Notes: a model not told the origin generated them from the sequence alone. A DNA stretch of 63,998 nucleotides, filler included, from Porpidia crustulata (GCA_964255105.1; 11 parts of 11 records of this genome joined end to end with filler, not necessarily neighbours in it); one strand, 5' to 3'; numbered from the whole stretch's first letter, positions 38,578 to 51,767 are shown. Made by a program: numbers and translations.

Positions 38578-39961
38578 TTAAACGTGGAGCAGATTGTTGA
38601 AATGTCGTGATAAGATTCTGATCGGACTGAAAGGCAAAATGTGATTTTCACCATCCACTACATTCTTCTGAGCGATAGGATACGATATTGCTGGTGTGGA
38701 CCAAACCAACCAGACCACTACCCATATATACCCTATGGACCTTTCCCAAAGTTTTGGTTCTTTATCTTTACTTGAAGGATTTCCGACGGCGGTACGATAA
38801 CCAAAGCGTACAGTGTCCTCCAGTATAATTGCCAAAGCCTGGCAGCAAAAATATCTCAAAGCGCCAGAAGACTGTTGTGGGATGCCATAGCTCATATCAA
38901 CAAAAGTGTGATAGACTCCAGAGCATGCGAACGTGGCTGTAATGCGGGTGTATCGAGCGATCAAACCTCCCCTCTGGAGGCGTAAAACAGACTCCGTAAC
39001 AAAGGTCGCCGGGCTTGAGAAAGTCTGCCGCATAGATTGATGCCAGAAACAACTATCATTTTGATTCAGCATTAATTCCATGTCCGATACTAACAGCTAA
39101 GGCGATAAAGCTGCTTCGACAATATTTCTATGCTTACCCCCAATAGTTCCGAACAGACCAAGAATCTCGCAAATTACCAAAGAGAGGCCGCCAAACGCGG
39201 ACGTTTGTGAAGCCCATCAAGACTGAAAATACTGCCAACCCCAAGTAAAGCATCTGGATCATACAATGCATGGTCGCCCAGTGTCCCAAAACCGCGAAAA
39301 CTCTGGTTATTAATTCAGCACCTTCTACCTCATCCAAACGTGTCAAGAATGAAACACGACTTGGTGCAAATGGCGCCAACGATGGATCTGGCGGTGGAGC
39401 AAATGCAACAAGATCCAATGCCGTAGCGTAAATTAATATGCGGAATAACGTTTGCACGACGAAAACGCTCTTCTGGGGCACAAAAGCAGAATCATTGGCT
39501 CGAAACGATGGTACATTTTTCACCTCCCATGGCGTGTCGATATGGCGCAATTTAAAGGTCTCTGATAGCCCAAACCGAAGTCTTGAATAAAAGGTTACCT
39601 GCCTACCCTGCGTTTCGAACTTAACTTCTGAGCGCGGAATCAGTCGCAACCCGCCGGAAGCCCGCGAAGGTCCTTGCTGCTCGAATCCCCATGCGCTGAG
39701 TACAGCGCAGTCGAGGTATTTCAACGCCAGGCCGGCTGTAGCGCCGCCGAAGAGGCACAAGATCATAGGATTTGCGTGGTTGGAAGCGGTGTTGCTTACT
39801 CGCAGACTGTAAGCCAAAGGTAAAGTAAGACATGGGGAAAGTGCTAGACGGGTGGGAGATTGGGCTTTGGTGAACGCAAGGTTCAGGACAAGAAGACCCA
39901 TCATTAGGATGAATGGGGCTGCTGGGTGGAGGGGCACAATGTCCGATACCGTGGAAGCCAT
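38578..39961 (-). CDS. Membrane-bound O-acyltransferase (MBOAT_2 / wax synthase / Tri7-like)
   Basis: Multiple TM segments; WRPLFG..SVRNYWG|CFWHQ across intron 39053-39137; FACSGVYH; IGYIWVVVW. Confidence 0.88.
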
Positions 39962-41835
39962 GTGTTGAGCAGTGGTAGAAGTGAACAAGACCAAATGAGG
40001 AAGAAAACAATATAGAAGGGTTCATCCCACCTCGTCCAAACTCCCATGTCGTTGTTAGCACCAGCTTACTAAAGGTATCAGATATACGCCAGAGAGGCGT
40101 ACCCTCAGGGATGCTCGCGTTGCTCACCTTACTCGGCGAGCGAGCAAGGCGAGCAGACAGAGCATAGGCTCTTGGCACGACTCTCCTATGTCTATATAAT
40201 GATGGTCGTTTCCTTAGATAGGAGCTTCGTGCTCAACTCATGTAATAGTCAATACAATCAGTTCTGTTGTCTAAGCTATCTCCAGACCTTAGTCTATAGT
40301 AGCAAGAGAATCATACTCGCAATTTACCAATGGATATTGTAAGGTACCGAGGAGGGTACTGTAGAAGCACAAGGTCTTAGCGCTAGTCATACTCGCTTAC
40401 TCGTTCTCACGCCTCCTTCGGCCACACTAACTCTAAGCCGATCGGGTAACCCTAATCCTTAGCATGGCGACGCAACTCCAATCCCATCAAAACATCGAAT
40501 TCGAATGAGAACAAATTATCTTGAAGGAAATACGGGCACGCATTCAAGAATGCTCTGACGATGCCTTTGTCTAACAGAATTCGGTGGTAAGCCCATTGAA
40601 TCAGATTTCTGATGATGGCTTCATGTAAATACCTAGCTATTCAATGTTTTGGTGGGGATGAAGATGCCTCGGTAGGGCTGACTCCACTGACTTTTGTCAC
40701 CCCCTGTGAATCAAAGGAAGCGATGTCAAAGCTACCTACTCGTTCATTCTTAAGTCATGATCTCCTCAGTTCCTCCATTCTCCCCTCCAATAGCTCNNNN
40801 NNNNNNNNNNNNNNNNNNNNNNNNNNNNNNNNNNNNNNNNTTAATTAATTAANNNNNNNNNNNNNNNNNNNNNNNNNNNNNNNNNNNNNNNNNNNNGGGT
40901 TTATAATTTCAAGTTTAGAGACTGGGGAGGATTTCGTCGATGTCGTTGGGACGGGACTTATTTTGGAGACTGTGGGGTCGCGAAGAGATGGTCTGGGTGT
41001 TTGGTTGGGAGTCTCATGAGTTGTCGGGTAGGCCTTGTTGTTGTGTACATTCTGAGTATGCTTGGGGGCATTTTCTAGAAATGATCGTTCTAAAATGCGG
41101 CGTGAATGCGAGGTTTGATCCGTGAGACTTTTCGTAAAAAATCAAGTAGAAAGAAAAAAGAAATTGGAGAATGCTTCGTGATTGAGATATGACCAGTCAA
41201 GTGGAAAAGTTGGTAAAGCAACAAATTAAGGGAAACCAGATTCGCTGAAGAATATGGGGTCTACATGAGAATTCTTCATACTCGCACATTTGCTAAAAAC
41301 TTGTATGCCTCCTAGAAATGCCAAACATCTGAGCCGTTCCTATAGTATTAAGCATGGCTCCATATCTCTGTATCATGGTTTCATTAACGTAGGATGAGAG
41401 CCGGGGAAAGGTACAAAACGCTGATTTAGAGTATCGTCAGGCGCATAATTGATATGACTAATGTTTCAATAGAGCTGCACGGACCTATCTTCTAGAACTA
41501 GCATTCCTCATGACGTCGCAACTAGACAACTTACTTTTCCACCTTCGAACGTCTTTCAAGATCAGCAATGCGTAAATGCACACGGAGCGTCATTTTGTCG
41601 TTTCAAGCAACCGAGGTTTGTGCTTCGGCCTTCCATGAGCACATCTTACAAAGCATGCGGCATTTAGTTGATAGTTTATAGAGTAGTGTGTCTGTCGCCG
41701 AAGCGCTCGCGGCGCTTACCCCGCCAAGAGCCGCCCAAGCTTCATTGTCCCAGGGCCCAGAGGATATCGAGTTGCATACAGCACTCCAGCACCAGGCATC
41801 CGCAGACCTGAGATCCTGTCCTCAAACAATCCAGC

Positions 41836-44194
41836 ATGGACGTAAGCCAGTACTACACGGATGCGCCACCCACCGTCGTCGCCCTGGCCATCAAACCGCA
41901 TTTCGATGCCCTGACGGAACGGCAAAAACTCTACGCCCATCATATTTCACGGTCAGTGGGGCTTTAAATGTTGCGGACTTTGATTTTTTCGAGATCTATT
42001 TGGGGGAGCGTGTTTGATGAGAGGGGGAGTAGATGCGGTGGTGATGTGGGGGTTTGTTTGAACAGACGTATCGAATCTATGTAGAAATCCTCGCGGCTGT
42101 TTTTTGTCTCATTGTTGATTCTTATTTTCGTGATTAAGCTATATCAAGAGACTTTCTCTTGATTCGTAATTCTAACACATCACTAATCATGATCTCCCCA
42201 GAGCGAGCTTTACTGGATCTCGTATAATTCTGCGCCAAGTCTCTCCAGAGTCTGAAGCCATTTTCGATCTCATAATCTCATTGTACCGCTATTGTGACGG
42301 CAACTGGGTAAATTTACAGCAGAAAGCAGGGATTGATGACCAGTCTTTGAAGTACTTTCTAGAATACGCCACTCAATTCCTCGGCAACAATGGAAATTAT
42401 AAGGGCTTCGGAGACTCTAAATTCGTCCCAAGGTGTCCACTCGAGACATTCGATGCGTTGGCAGGGGTATCCCAAGAAGCGAAACAGCTTCTTGACAAAT
42501 GTAGGACTGGCATATACGCACACGCCGGAAAGCCGTCTCTTATGCACCTCGGCTTCCCGGATGCTGGACACTTGTCAAATTACTACCCAAACTCTCCAGA
42601 CATTACCAAGCAAGAAATTGAAGTGCTCGGCGATTTCCTTGCTACAAAGGGAATTCTACCGGAAAATACCAGAATCCGAAAGACGAAAGAGGGTAACTTT
42701 GAAATCCTTATCGCCTCTGCACTCCAAAAGCCACCCCCCGAAGGTAGTGATACCGGTGAGGAGACAACATGGAAATTAGAAGGGTCACTTGAAGGTAAAA
42801 CAGTCAAATTAGTTTTTAACGACCACATCGAAGAAATGGCCAAGATTGCGCTTCATATGAAGAAAACCGGAGTGAGTGCGGCAGACGATACACAGAAGAA
42901 GATGATGGATGAGTATGCCAAGTCCTTCGGTACTGGGTCGCTCAATGCATTTAAGGAAAGCCAAAAGCTGTGGGTCAAAGACCTTGGGCCGGAAGTGGAA
43001 TCCAATATTGGATTTATCGAGTCTTACCGTGATCCAGCAGGCATTCGTTCCGAGTGGGAAGGTATGGTGGCCATGGTCAACAAGGAACGCACAAAAGCCT
43101 TCCAAAAACTTGTCGATGCCGCTCCAAGCATGATACCAAAATTACCATGGCCTCGTTATTTTGAAAAGGACACCTTCGTCGCTCCAGACTTCACGTCCCT
43201 AGAGGTCCTGTCTTTTGCTTCTTCAGGTATACCCGCCGGCATTAACATCCCCAATTACGATGACATAAGACAACAAGTCGGCTTTAAAAATGTTTCTCTC
43301 GGAAATGTTCTCGGCGCTAAAGCTCCTAACGAACCGATCCCCTTCATCCGATCAGAAGACCTCTTAACCTACCAAACCAACCGTGATGAAGCCTTTGAGG
43401 TCCAGGTAGGCATTCACGAGCTCCTTGGCCACGGCTCGGGAAAGCTCCTCCAAGAAACGGAACCCGGCAAATATAATTTCGATATCAGGAATCCTCCCAT
43501 TAATCCCCTCACCAACAAGCCCTGTACAACGTGGTACAAGCCGGGCCAGACCTGGAGCAGCCTATTCGGCTCCATTGCTTCTTCGATGGAGGAAAATCGT
43601 GCAGAGCTGGTTGCTATGGCATTGAGTTGCGACTTTGAGATTCTCAAAATCTTTGGTTTCGGTGACGGAAAGGCCAACATGAACGGCAAGGCCGGCGATG
43701 TCCTCTACGCCTCCTACCTCTCTATGGCCCGCGCGGGTGTTGTGGCGCTCGAATTCTGGGATCCTAAAAGCAGAAAATGGGGCCAAGCGCACATGCAAGC
43801 TCGGTATAGCATCCTGCGTACCTTTCTAGATGCGGGAGGTGATTTCTGCCGTCTGGAATATTCGGACTCGGAAAGTTTGTCGGATCTCACGATCAAGCTG
43901 GACAAGGATAAGATCATTAGCCACGGACGGCCGGCCGTGGAGTCGTATTTGCAGAAAGTGCACATTTACAAAGCGACTGCCGATGTGGCGGCGGGGAAAA
44001 AACTGTATGAGGAGATGACCAACGTGGACGAGTGGTGGGAGAAGAAGGTCAGGAAAGTAGTGTTGGAGAAGAAGACACCAAGGAAGGTCTTTGTGCAGGC
44101 GAATACTGTTGAGGAAGATGGGACGGTCGTACTGAAGGTGTATGAGCCGACCCTGGAGGGAATGATCCAGAGTTTTGCAGAAAGAGATATTTGA
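41836..44194 (+). CDS. DPP3: Dipeptidyl peptidase III (M49)
   Basis: MDVSQYYTDAPP..KLYAHHISR|ASF; GNYKGFGDSKF; PAGINIPNYDDIRQ; HELLGH zinc motif; EENRAE; intron 41952-42201. Confidence 0.97.
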
Positions 44195-44339
44195 CAGCTG
44201 GACGGGATGTCTGCACATTCTGGATGAGGATGACTGATGGATTATGACACCGTCTCTGCATATTAGCGGGAGATAGGACTCATATTTTTCAATGACATAG
44301 TGACTGGAAGAGGAATGCAGGGCGGAAGCTCTTGGCTAG

Positions 44340-45930
44340 TGCCATGTACCACAGTATTTCGATGTTCTCAGCGGATCATATAACTCTCCATTTCGCCGCA
44401 ATGACCCGACGCGCTACAGAGTGCGTGACATGGTCGTCATCGATTCTATCATCTTCCGCCTTTCGTAATGTATCGTCGATGAACATGTCAGCATCGAGAG
44501 GTACATACTCGAGCCCTGGAACTTTTAGGTACAGCTACAGTCCTGCCGCCGAGCGAGCTCTTGCATCTGGAAAGGCGGCTTCTTCTCTTCGCTGCAAGTC
44601 GGCGACGAAAGTTTACGACTGTCGAAGGGAGACTCGTATGGCATCGACGCTGGCGTCTGTGCTAGTCGCGATGTCGGCCCTGGCAATAGGTAAAAGGGAT
44701 TGCGGGCCGATGTTCTCAGAGCGTATGGTGCTATGAATCTGGATTCGTGGCCTGTGCGGATCATTAAGACAGGCTGCTCTTGAGAGTATTTGGCGAGGCT
44801 GAGCTTTCCGTCCGCGTCGAAATATTCAGGTCGACCGTCTTTAGCAACTTCATCGAGAACGAGAATGATAGCGCGACAGAGCGGGAGAAGTTTGAACCTT
44901 CTAATAGGCATCCCACGTTTCCAGAGACGCTATCTTGAAGTCACTAGTAGGCCCCTGTTCAAGCCTGCCAAGGAGCGATGACGCTTCTTCGTTGAGAGAG
45001 TTGTGTACCTGAAGAATGCCTGCTATGGTCATACGACCACTTGGGATGTCGCGAACTCAATTCGCAAAGAACTGGCCGAATTCAATATTCTGTTGGTCAT
45101 CATGAACATGGAACCACTCGTTGAAGATACCACGGAAGACGTGACGTGGTACGTGCAGGCATTCCGGGTTCATCTGATCAACATGAGTGTAATAGAACCA
45201 GGTTAGCTTATTGCAAAGCTTTCAAAGGCGTTCCGGATGAAGCTCTCTTTGGAATCTCGAAGGCCCCAATTCCATGATGCAACCGGAGTACAACCAGGAA
45301 ATCTTGGTCTCCATAAAAAGGTGTTCTTCTATTCACCGATGGCAGCAGCATCTTTTGAGGCCAGCTCTTATCTGTTAAATCAATTCAGTCGGTAGCGGCT
45401 CCTCGGTCGGTAATAAAGTCCAACCAGGCTCCGGTGGACATCTCGAGCCAGACGGCATTGTATCCAAATGGCCCTTTCGGCGTGGCATTTGTAATACTAG
45501 AATAGTGTCCTAGGTTGAGATGTGTTAAATTCGTTGCAATGGATGAGGAAGAAGTCCAACATATATCTGATCGACGATTCGATTACCGCTCAGATGTTAT
45601 GTTATACAAGTCAGTTGGCTTCTTGACTGAAAGATAAGTCTGGTAGCCCTTTGAGGTAGGATACAACGACGTCACGGCATGGGTAGACCTTGATTCGTGA
45701 TAGGTGTGTTTCGAATTCAGATTCGCAGAAGTCCCGTGATGCTTCGTCAGGCGTGGAATCCGCGACGGATTCCACGCAGGTTCTCAGGTCGTTTGACGCC
45801 AACTCATAGGAGTTAAACGGACTCGCGGACAATCAGAATCGACGCGAGAACCTTGCCCTGGAAGAGAAATTTTGGGTAGCAGAAATTGGAGAACTGCTAT
45901 CTACCTCCCTGTTCATGGATATGCTCATTT
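44340..45930 (-). pseudogene. Possible degraded gene of unknown family
   Basis: Protein-like stretches (45611-45832, 44525-44911) interrupted by several in-frame stops; family not recognised. Confidence 0.3.
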
Positions 45931-48538
45931 GTAAATCACATTACACCACCATATCCATAGAGAGGGATGAAAATTCATGAAATTTTAGATAATGCCATCA
46001 ACGACTATCTCCTCTTTCAGCCGAAATTACTCAAACACATATGGCTTAACTCCTCAAACCACAACCACAATACATCCATCATCCTGCTCAACAAACAATG
46101 GTCCTCCAACAGAAAAACTCAACTTCCCCACCAATCTAACAACATTCCATCATCTCCAAAACTCCCATTTCCACATACGCCTTCACCCCTTGCCGTCCCT
46201 CACACATCACCCCATCCGCCAGAAGCACAACCAAACCTCCAACGGCACCCCAGATCCCCAACAACACCAATCTTCGCCTATCGAACAACAAGCCCATACC
46301 AAAATATCCAAAAACCCGGCCATCCAAACCGACCACCACCATCACCACCACGTCCCCCAACCTTACCCCCACATCAACGAACAAACCCGTCGTACCCCTA
46401 GATTTACCTCTGTAATCGACGTGTAGCGGGCAGAGTGTAGAGTGTAGAGTGTAAATATTCCAAGGGGATGGTATGTGAATGCATCACACGCCGTTGCCGA
46501 GGTTTTGATGCATCACTCGGCGTTACTTGGGATGTGGGGTCACAGAGACATGTAGGTGTGTTATCAACGAATAAATTGAATATCTATATCAACTCCTCCA
46601 TCCCTCAACCCCTCTGCACCNNNNNNNNNNNNNNNNNNNNNNNNNNNNNNNNNNNNNNNNNNNNTTAATTAATTAANNNNNNNNNNNNNNNNNNNNNNNN
46701 NNNNNNNNNNNNNNNNNNNNGGAGTGGTTGAGGTTCCCTACGTGGTGGAGGTGAATTTTTACAGGGCGAAATTTTTTTCGCTGATTGGGGCGGAATGGGT
46801 TCCGATGGCGCGTGGGGCGTGGAGTGGGGTCGCACGGGAGCGCTAGCAGGCACCAAGATCTCTATTTCTTCAGTTGTCGTGAGAATTTTGATGTTCATAT
46901 GATGAATGATGGATCCTTCCATTTCGGGCATCGCATTCTCCTTCGTTCTCGCCCTATCCAACAAGAATTTCCCGCCCAGCATGTATTCTATGAACCTTGG
47001 ACGAGAAACCTCTGCTAGCTTTCAACCACCATCCGCAAATACTTTGTCTCGTCTGAGAGATCTTATTGTTCCCATTGTCTGAGAAAGCATTCAAGATCCA
47101 TACTTTTAATTGTAAGTGATTCTCTACTTTATTACTGTTTTCATATGCTCTTTGTGGAATTCTTTGGAAAACATCGAGATATGTAGAAACCCTCACGGAT
47201 GTGGATTCTTATATCTTTAAGGACTCTCCTTTCTCGAGCTCCTTCCTCTTTATGTATATCAGGTCTTTGTCTTTCTCATGATTATATCTGTGTCACTTGA
47301 CTCTCTCATGTCTCAATACTCGGTGCAAGCCTCTTTGCTATAAGGAGTACCTGAGCTTATGGTTTCGATTTTGTAGCGGTCCTTCGAGGTTCGACCAAGC
47401 TTCAACGTGGTTTATCGCATAGAAATGAGTATCGATGGTGGTTGTAGGAATAATGCATACGGCAATGCCATCGGCGCAGCAGCCGTAGTCGCCACGTACC
47501 CGTCTGGAGCGTCAGAAACCTTTGCACGAAGACTGCCGTCGAATCCCAGACCCACGAACCAGAGTGAGTACTTGTGGCAATGAAAACCCGCACTAGTCCA
47601 TCAATTTCATGGTCTCTTAGGGGCGGAATTACATGCTGTTATACTAGCCCTAGAAATCGCTGTTCAGCATGTCAATTGCGCCCAAATATACGACGAATTC
47701 GTGGTTGTGATCTCTCTCCATTCAGCATATGCAAGAAACTGCATGACAGTTTGGCTTTATGCGTGGCTTCAGAATAGATTCATCGCTTCTACCGGTAAGA
47801 TCACCCACGTACCCAAAGTATCTCACAACGGGCCTATAATGTTTTCACCGTAGGTCAGGAAGTTATCAATCGCAATCTTATTAAAGAAGCCTTGCATTTT
47901 CAGCAATAATTACAAGACCATCTCATATACAACAGGGTATCAAGGAGTGAGAATAGGAGAGCCGAAGCTGCCGTGAACAAGGCGCTGAATGAGATGGGAA
48001 CCTCAGGCGATGCTTCATAGTCATGAACCTCGAACTATCGATGATCACGGATTGAAGATGAGATGTCAGTACGGAATGTTCGGTGAAGGATGCCATGAGA
48101 TATCAATTGCAGCTCACGCGTGAGGTTATGGAATGATGGGGTAAAAAAAAAATAGCGTTGCGTTATTCGCTTTTCAACACGAAGAAGAGAACATGTTACG
48201 TCTCGGCAGCACTCTATCTATATTTTACTTGCAGTAGGATAAAAAGACTAGGTAGACGTTGCATACGCAAGGAATTATTCTCATGAGGTACACAAGGACT
48301 ACTCGGCCACAGGGAATCCTCAGGACAAGCGGTATTGCTTGGTACGCTTGTTACTATGGCTTCTGTTCCTAGATTTATTGCAATATGCATCCTGGAACTT
48401 TCTTCGAGGGATCCAATGGAAATTCAAAGGTAGGTACTTTACTCTATTTTTTTGGATGGGACATAGGATGTAGAATTATGCAGGCCTTTAAATAGAGTGG
48501 CACGTGGGTGAACTCCCTACCGCTCGGCCACACTAGTA

Positions 48539-48684
48539 CTCGTTCCCACCCCCAAACGGTCCGCACCCCCAAACGGTCCGCGCTAATTAAGATTAGTCAA
48601 TATAACCCTAACCCTACGCTGCAGCCCTAACCCTAGGTAGGGCGGACTGTTTGGGGGTGCGGACCGTTTGGGGGTGGGAACGAG
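48539..48684 (+). mobile_element. MITE (family A), about 43-bp TIRs each with two 17-bp sub-repeats, TA flanks, internal CCCTAA repeats
   Basis: TA-ctcgttcccacccccaaacggtccgcacccccaaacggtccgc ... gcggactgtttgggggtgcggaccgtttgggggtgggaacgag-TA. Confidence 0.93.
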
Positions 48685-49274
48685 TAGATCCTACCTTCAG
48701 CTGGACTTCCGCTCGTCACGTAAGGGAGGTATAAAGTAACGTCTATCTTCAGCCGAACAACGGATGAGATACTCTGCTGCACTAATCCTATCTTATTGGC
48801 AATATCTAAAATCATAGAGTAGAGTATAGCCATGAATGTGGTAGTGTCATTGCGATTATGGAATTGTGCCGGCGAGCGATGTGACCATTTCACTTACTCT
48901 ATCGTTCAATCGGACGAACACGAAGAAGCCAGAGTCTCATTGCCAGTATAAGGTACTGGCCGTCCCTTCAAGCACGATAACACATACATACATTACAATG
49001 CATGTTGAACGGCACAGCATGGCTATGCTGATGCTGCAGACGTTCTGCAGACCAATGATTATCAAGATCAGGCAATCGATTGGATACCCGTCTTCTGCAT
49101 CTTTCTGTGCTACCATTCATGTCTGTCGTTCAGCCTCAGCTTGAATTTTTCCTATAACCTCACAATGTACCATCTCTACTAGTGTCCTCTTTGAGCTTTT
49201 TACCTATGATATTTCCTTTCTACCAACCTTATTCACGGCCTTAAGCCTATGCATATAATCACTTTATCACCAAG

Positions 49275-51767
49275 ATGCTATATGAATACCAGTGTAGTCT
49301 TCATTTCACAACTGCGATTCTTTTGCTGTTCGCTATGAACGCATCATATTTAACGTCAGCTATGGGCCTCGGAACCCCTGCTCTGAACAACGGATCGTCG
49401 AATACTAGCACCAGTTGTGTTCAATGTGTAATGTTCCTAGATCAGATCCCACAGGCAAAAGGTCTGGTACTCCTGCAAAACCTGTGGTGGGACAACATTA
49501 TATCTGCGACTTTGGTGACAGTTCATCACGATGTTACACAGTATAACAACACTGTGGTCTCAAACCAATGGACGTCTACCTACACTTATGATCCACTCTG
49601 GGCCGACAACTCAATTGACCCAAGATTCCCAGCACTTTCATCGCTATTGGCTATCTTTTCGACCTATGGAACAATCGGGTTCCTTGATGCGAGTAGCTCA
49701 ATTTTCACGGATTCCAACGGCTTTACCATGACATCCCCAACTGCCTTCAACCAGGTTTCAGCCTTCTTTTACTACACTGGTCAGACCGAAGGTACAACGC
49801 AGTGTTTTCCTAGTTATGAATCTGGGAACTACGATGTGAATTTCGAGTCCGCCTCCAACGTGATGCTCAGCTCGGTCCTTTATCAAGCAATACCTGGTGG
49901 GGCACTGGACGAACTCAATCTTGGGAATAGAAGTATAGGTTACTTCGGATATCAAAGATTTCCTTCGGACCTTTATAACTACATCACGTCGAATTCCGCC
50001 CTAATAAGCTCGTATCCGTTTCTAAAAACCTGTCACCCTTATTATGTTCACGGCGTACCCTCGGTCAAAGTCCGCGTCAATTTCTTGACCGCGAGCGAGC
50101 ACAATACAGTAACCAGCCAAGGCAGATACACAGCGACCAGTGCGGTGGTATTACCTACTCCAACGCTTACAGCAAGCCCGGGCCAGTCTCCGGAAACTCC
50201 ACGAGGACCCACGTATATGTCTTCGCCTGCACAGACATATTCGACCCCTACATCTAGCAGCCAGGTCAGCAGTACAGTCAATACCGTAAGCATAGTGTTA
50301 GTTTCAGTACCCGCTGCTTCAGCGACAGATTCACCATCATCAAATCATTTCAGCGAGCCAGGGTCATATCAAATCGGGACTTCTGATCACATCTCGATGT
50401 CGCCAGCGGCGTCAAAGGAAACTAGTCTTCAATCCAACTTAGGACAGATTATTCCCACCCCAACAGAACTTGAAAATCATGGAACAGCCACCAACCTCGA
50501 CTCGGGATATATCGTCGGCACTTGGACTCTTGTTCCGGGCGGCCCTGCAATTACAGTAGATGGCGTCTATTATTCACTTGATCCCGGCGCCGATGCACTT
50601 CAGTCCGGAACTTCTATCCTGCCACAAGTCAAAACTACCGACGGACTACCTGTGCTGAAAATAGCTGGTATCGACCAATCCCCTACCTTAATTTCGGGTC
50701 ATGTCTCCTCTATACCACTTTCTCCCGAAAGAGTCTCGGTCCATCTAATTTCATACGTGATCGCATCGCCCACTCCTGCTTCTACCGCAGCGAGCGCTAC
50801 TGTTCCACAAACTCCCGCAGGTCTTACTTTGCCTCCTAAGATCACGATTGCGGGAGAAGTCTACGCTCCAAACTCAGCCTCCAGATACAGTATTGGAGAC
50901 CAAGTTCTATATCCGGGAGGGTCTGCAATTACTGTCGATGGATTTAGTTACTCGCTAGCCAAATTGGCAACTGCCATCTTTTCCGATGGCAATACTATTC
51001 CTCTCTCGCATGACGTATCACTATCTATTCCTGCAATTACTATTGGAGGGACTACCTATGATGCAGACAGCCAGTCACGATACGTAATTGGAAGTCAAAC
51101 CCTCTCTCAAGGCGGTTCTTCAATTACAATCAACGGTATTGGTTATAATATAGCACCTTCGACAACAGCGCTCGTATCAGGAAGCATTACGATCCCTTTG
51201 TCTTCAAAAGCGTCACCTCTTCCTATGGCAATCACAATATCAGGCCAAGGGTACACAGAGAACTCTCAGTCAATGTACAACATTGGCTCCCAGACTCTGG
51301 TTGCTAACGGGCCGCCACTAGTCGTCAATTTCACGACTTACAAGCTTACCATTGGAAGTCTTAGTAATGCTCTAATCATCGGCACCAGTACCTCTCTATT
51401 ATCTCCACTGAGCGCCAAAATCCCAGATCTCATCACAATCGGCTCCAACATCTACACCGCGAACGCAGCCTCTGATTTCCTCATCGACGGACAAACGCTG
51501 TCTCCAGGATCTGTGATTACGGTATCCGGAACACCCATATCGCTGGACGTGCACGCCTCGGATGTGGTCGTTGGATCCAGCACGGAGCCGATCGGCTTGG
51601 GCAGTCTGATAATGGGCGGCTTTGGAGCTGCGCCGACGTCGGTGGTTGGGAATGGGAGTTTTGGGGTGGTAAGCTTTCAGGGCGGATCGGGGCGTGGATA
51701 TGAGCTAGATATGGTCTGCTGGACGGCTGTGTTTGGGGTATGGATGTGGATTCTGTTGAGGTTGTGA
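49275..51767 (+). CDS. Ser/Thr-rich secreted/cell-surface protein with tandem beta-rich repeats and GPI-like C-terminus
   Basis: 830-aa ORF; hydrophobic N-terminus; about five repeats of ITIxGxxYxxNSxSxYxIGxQTLxPGGxxITVxG; hydrophobic C-terminal tail. Confidence 0.85.
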   Translation: MLYEYQCSLHFTTAILLLFAMNASYLTSAMGLGTPALNNGSSNTSTSCVQCVMFLDQIPQAKGLVLLQNLWWDNIISATLVTVHHDVTQYNNTVVSNQWTSTYTYDPLWADNSIDPRFPALSSLLAIFSTYGTIGFLDASSSIFTDSNGFTMTSPTAFNQVSAFFYYTGQTEGTTQCFPSYESGNYDVNFESASNVMLSSVLYQAIPGGALDELNLGNRSIGYFGYQRFPSDLYNYITSNSALISSYPFLKTCHPYYVHGVPSVKVRVNFLTASEHNTVTSQGRYTATSAVVLPTPTLTASPGQSPETPRGPTYMSSPAQTYSTPTSSSQVSSTVNTVSIVLVSVPAASATDSPSSNHFSEPGSYQIGTSDHISMSPAASKETSLQSNLGQIIPTPTELENHGTATNLDSGYIVGTWTLVPGGPAITVDGVYYSLDPGADALQSGTSILPQVKTTDGLPVLKIAGIDQSPTLISGHVSSIPLSPERVSVHLISYVIASPTPASTAASATVPQTPAGLTLPPKITIAGEVYAPNSASRYSIGDQVLYPGGSAITVDGFSYSLAKLATAIFSDGNTIPLSHDVSLSIPAITIGGTTYDADSQSRYVIGSQTLSQGGSSITINGIGYNIAPSTTALVSGSITIPLSSKASPLPMAITISGQGYTENSQSMYNIGSQTLVANGPPLVVNFTTYKLTIGSLSNALIIGTSTSLLSPLSAKIPDLITIGSNIYTANAASDFLIDGQTLSPGSVITVSGTPISLDVHASDVVVGSSTEPIGLGSLIMGGFGAAPTSVVGNGSFGVVSFQGGSGRGYELDMVCWTAVFGVWMWILLRL

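Noticed and set aside
41952..42201. C/D snoRNA in the long DPP3 intron
   Set aside because: A TGATGA C-like box is present, but no downstream CTGA D box or terminal stem was seen.
45967..46426. His/Pro-rich 144-aa ORFs
   Set aside because: Overlapping ORFs in several frames arising from C/A-rich low complexity; no family signal.
48601..48636. True telomere or telomere-addition site
   Set aside because: Only short CCCTAA blocks, enclosed by TIRs in mid-contig.
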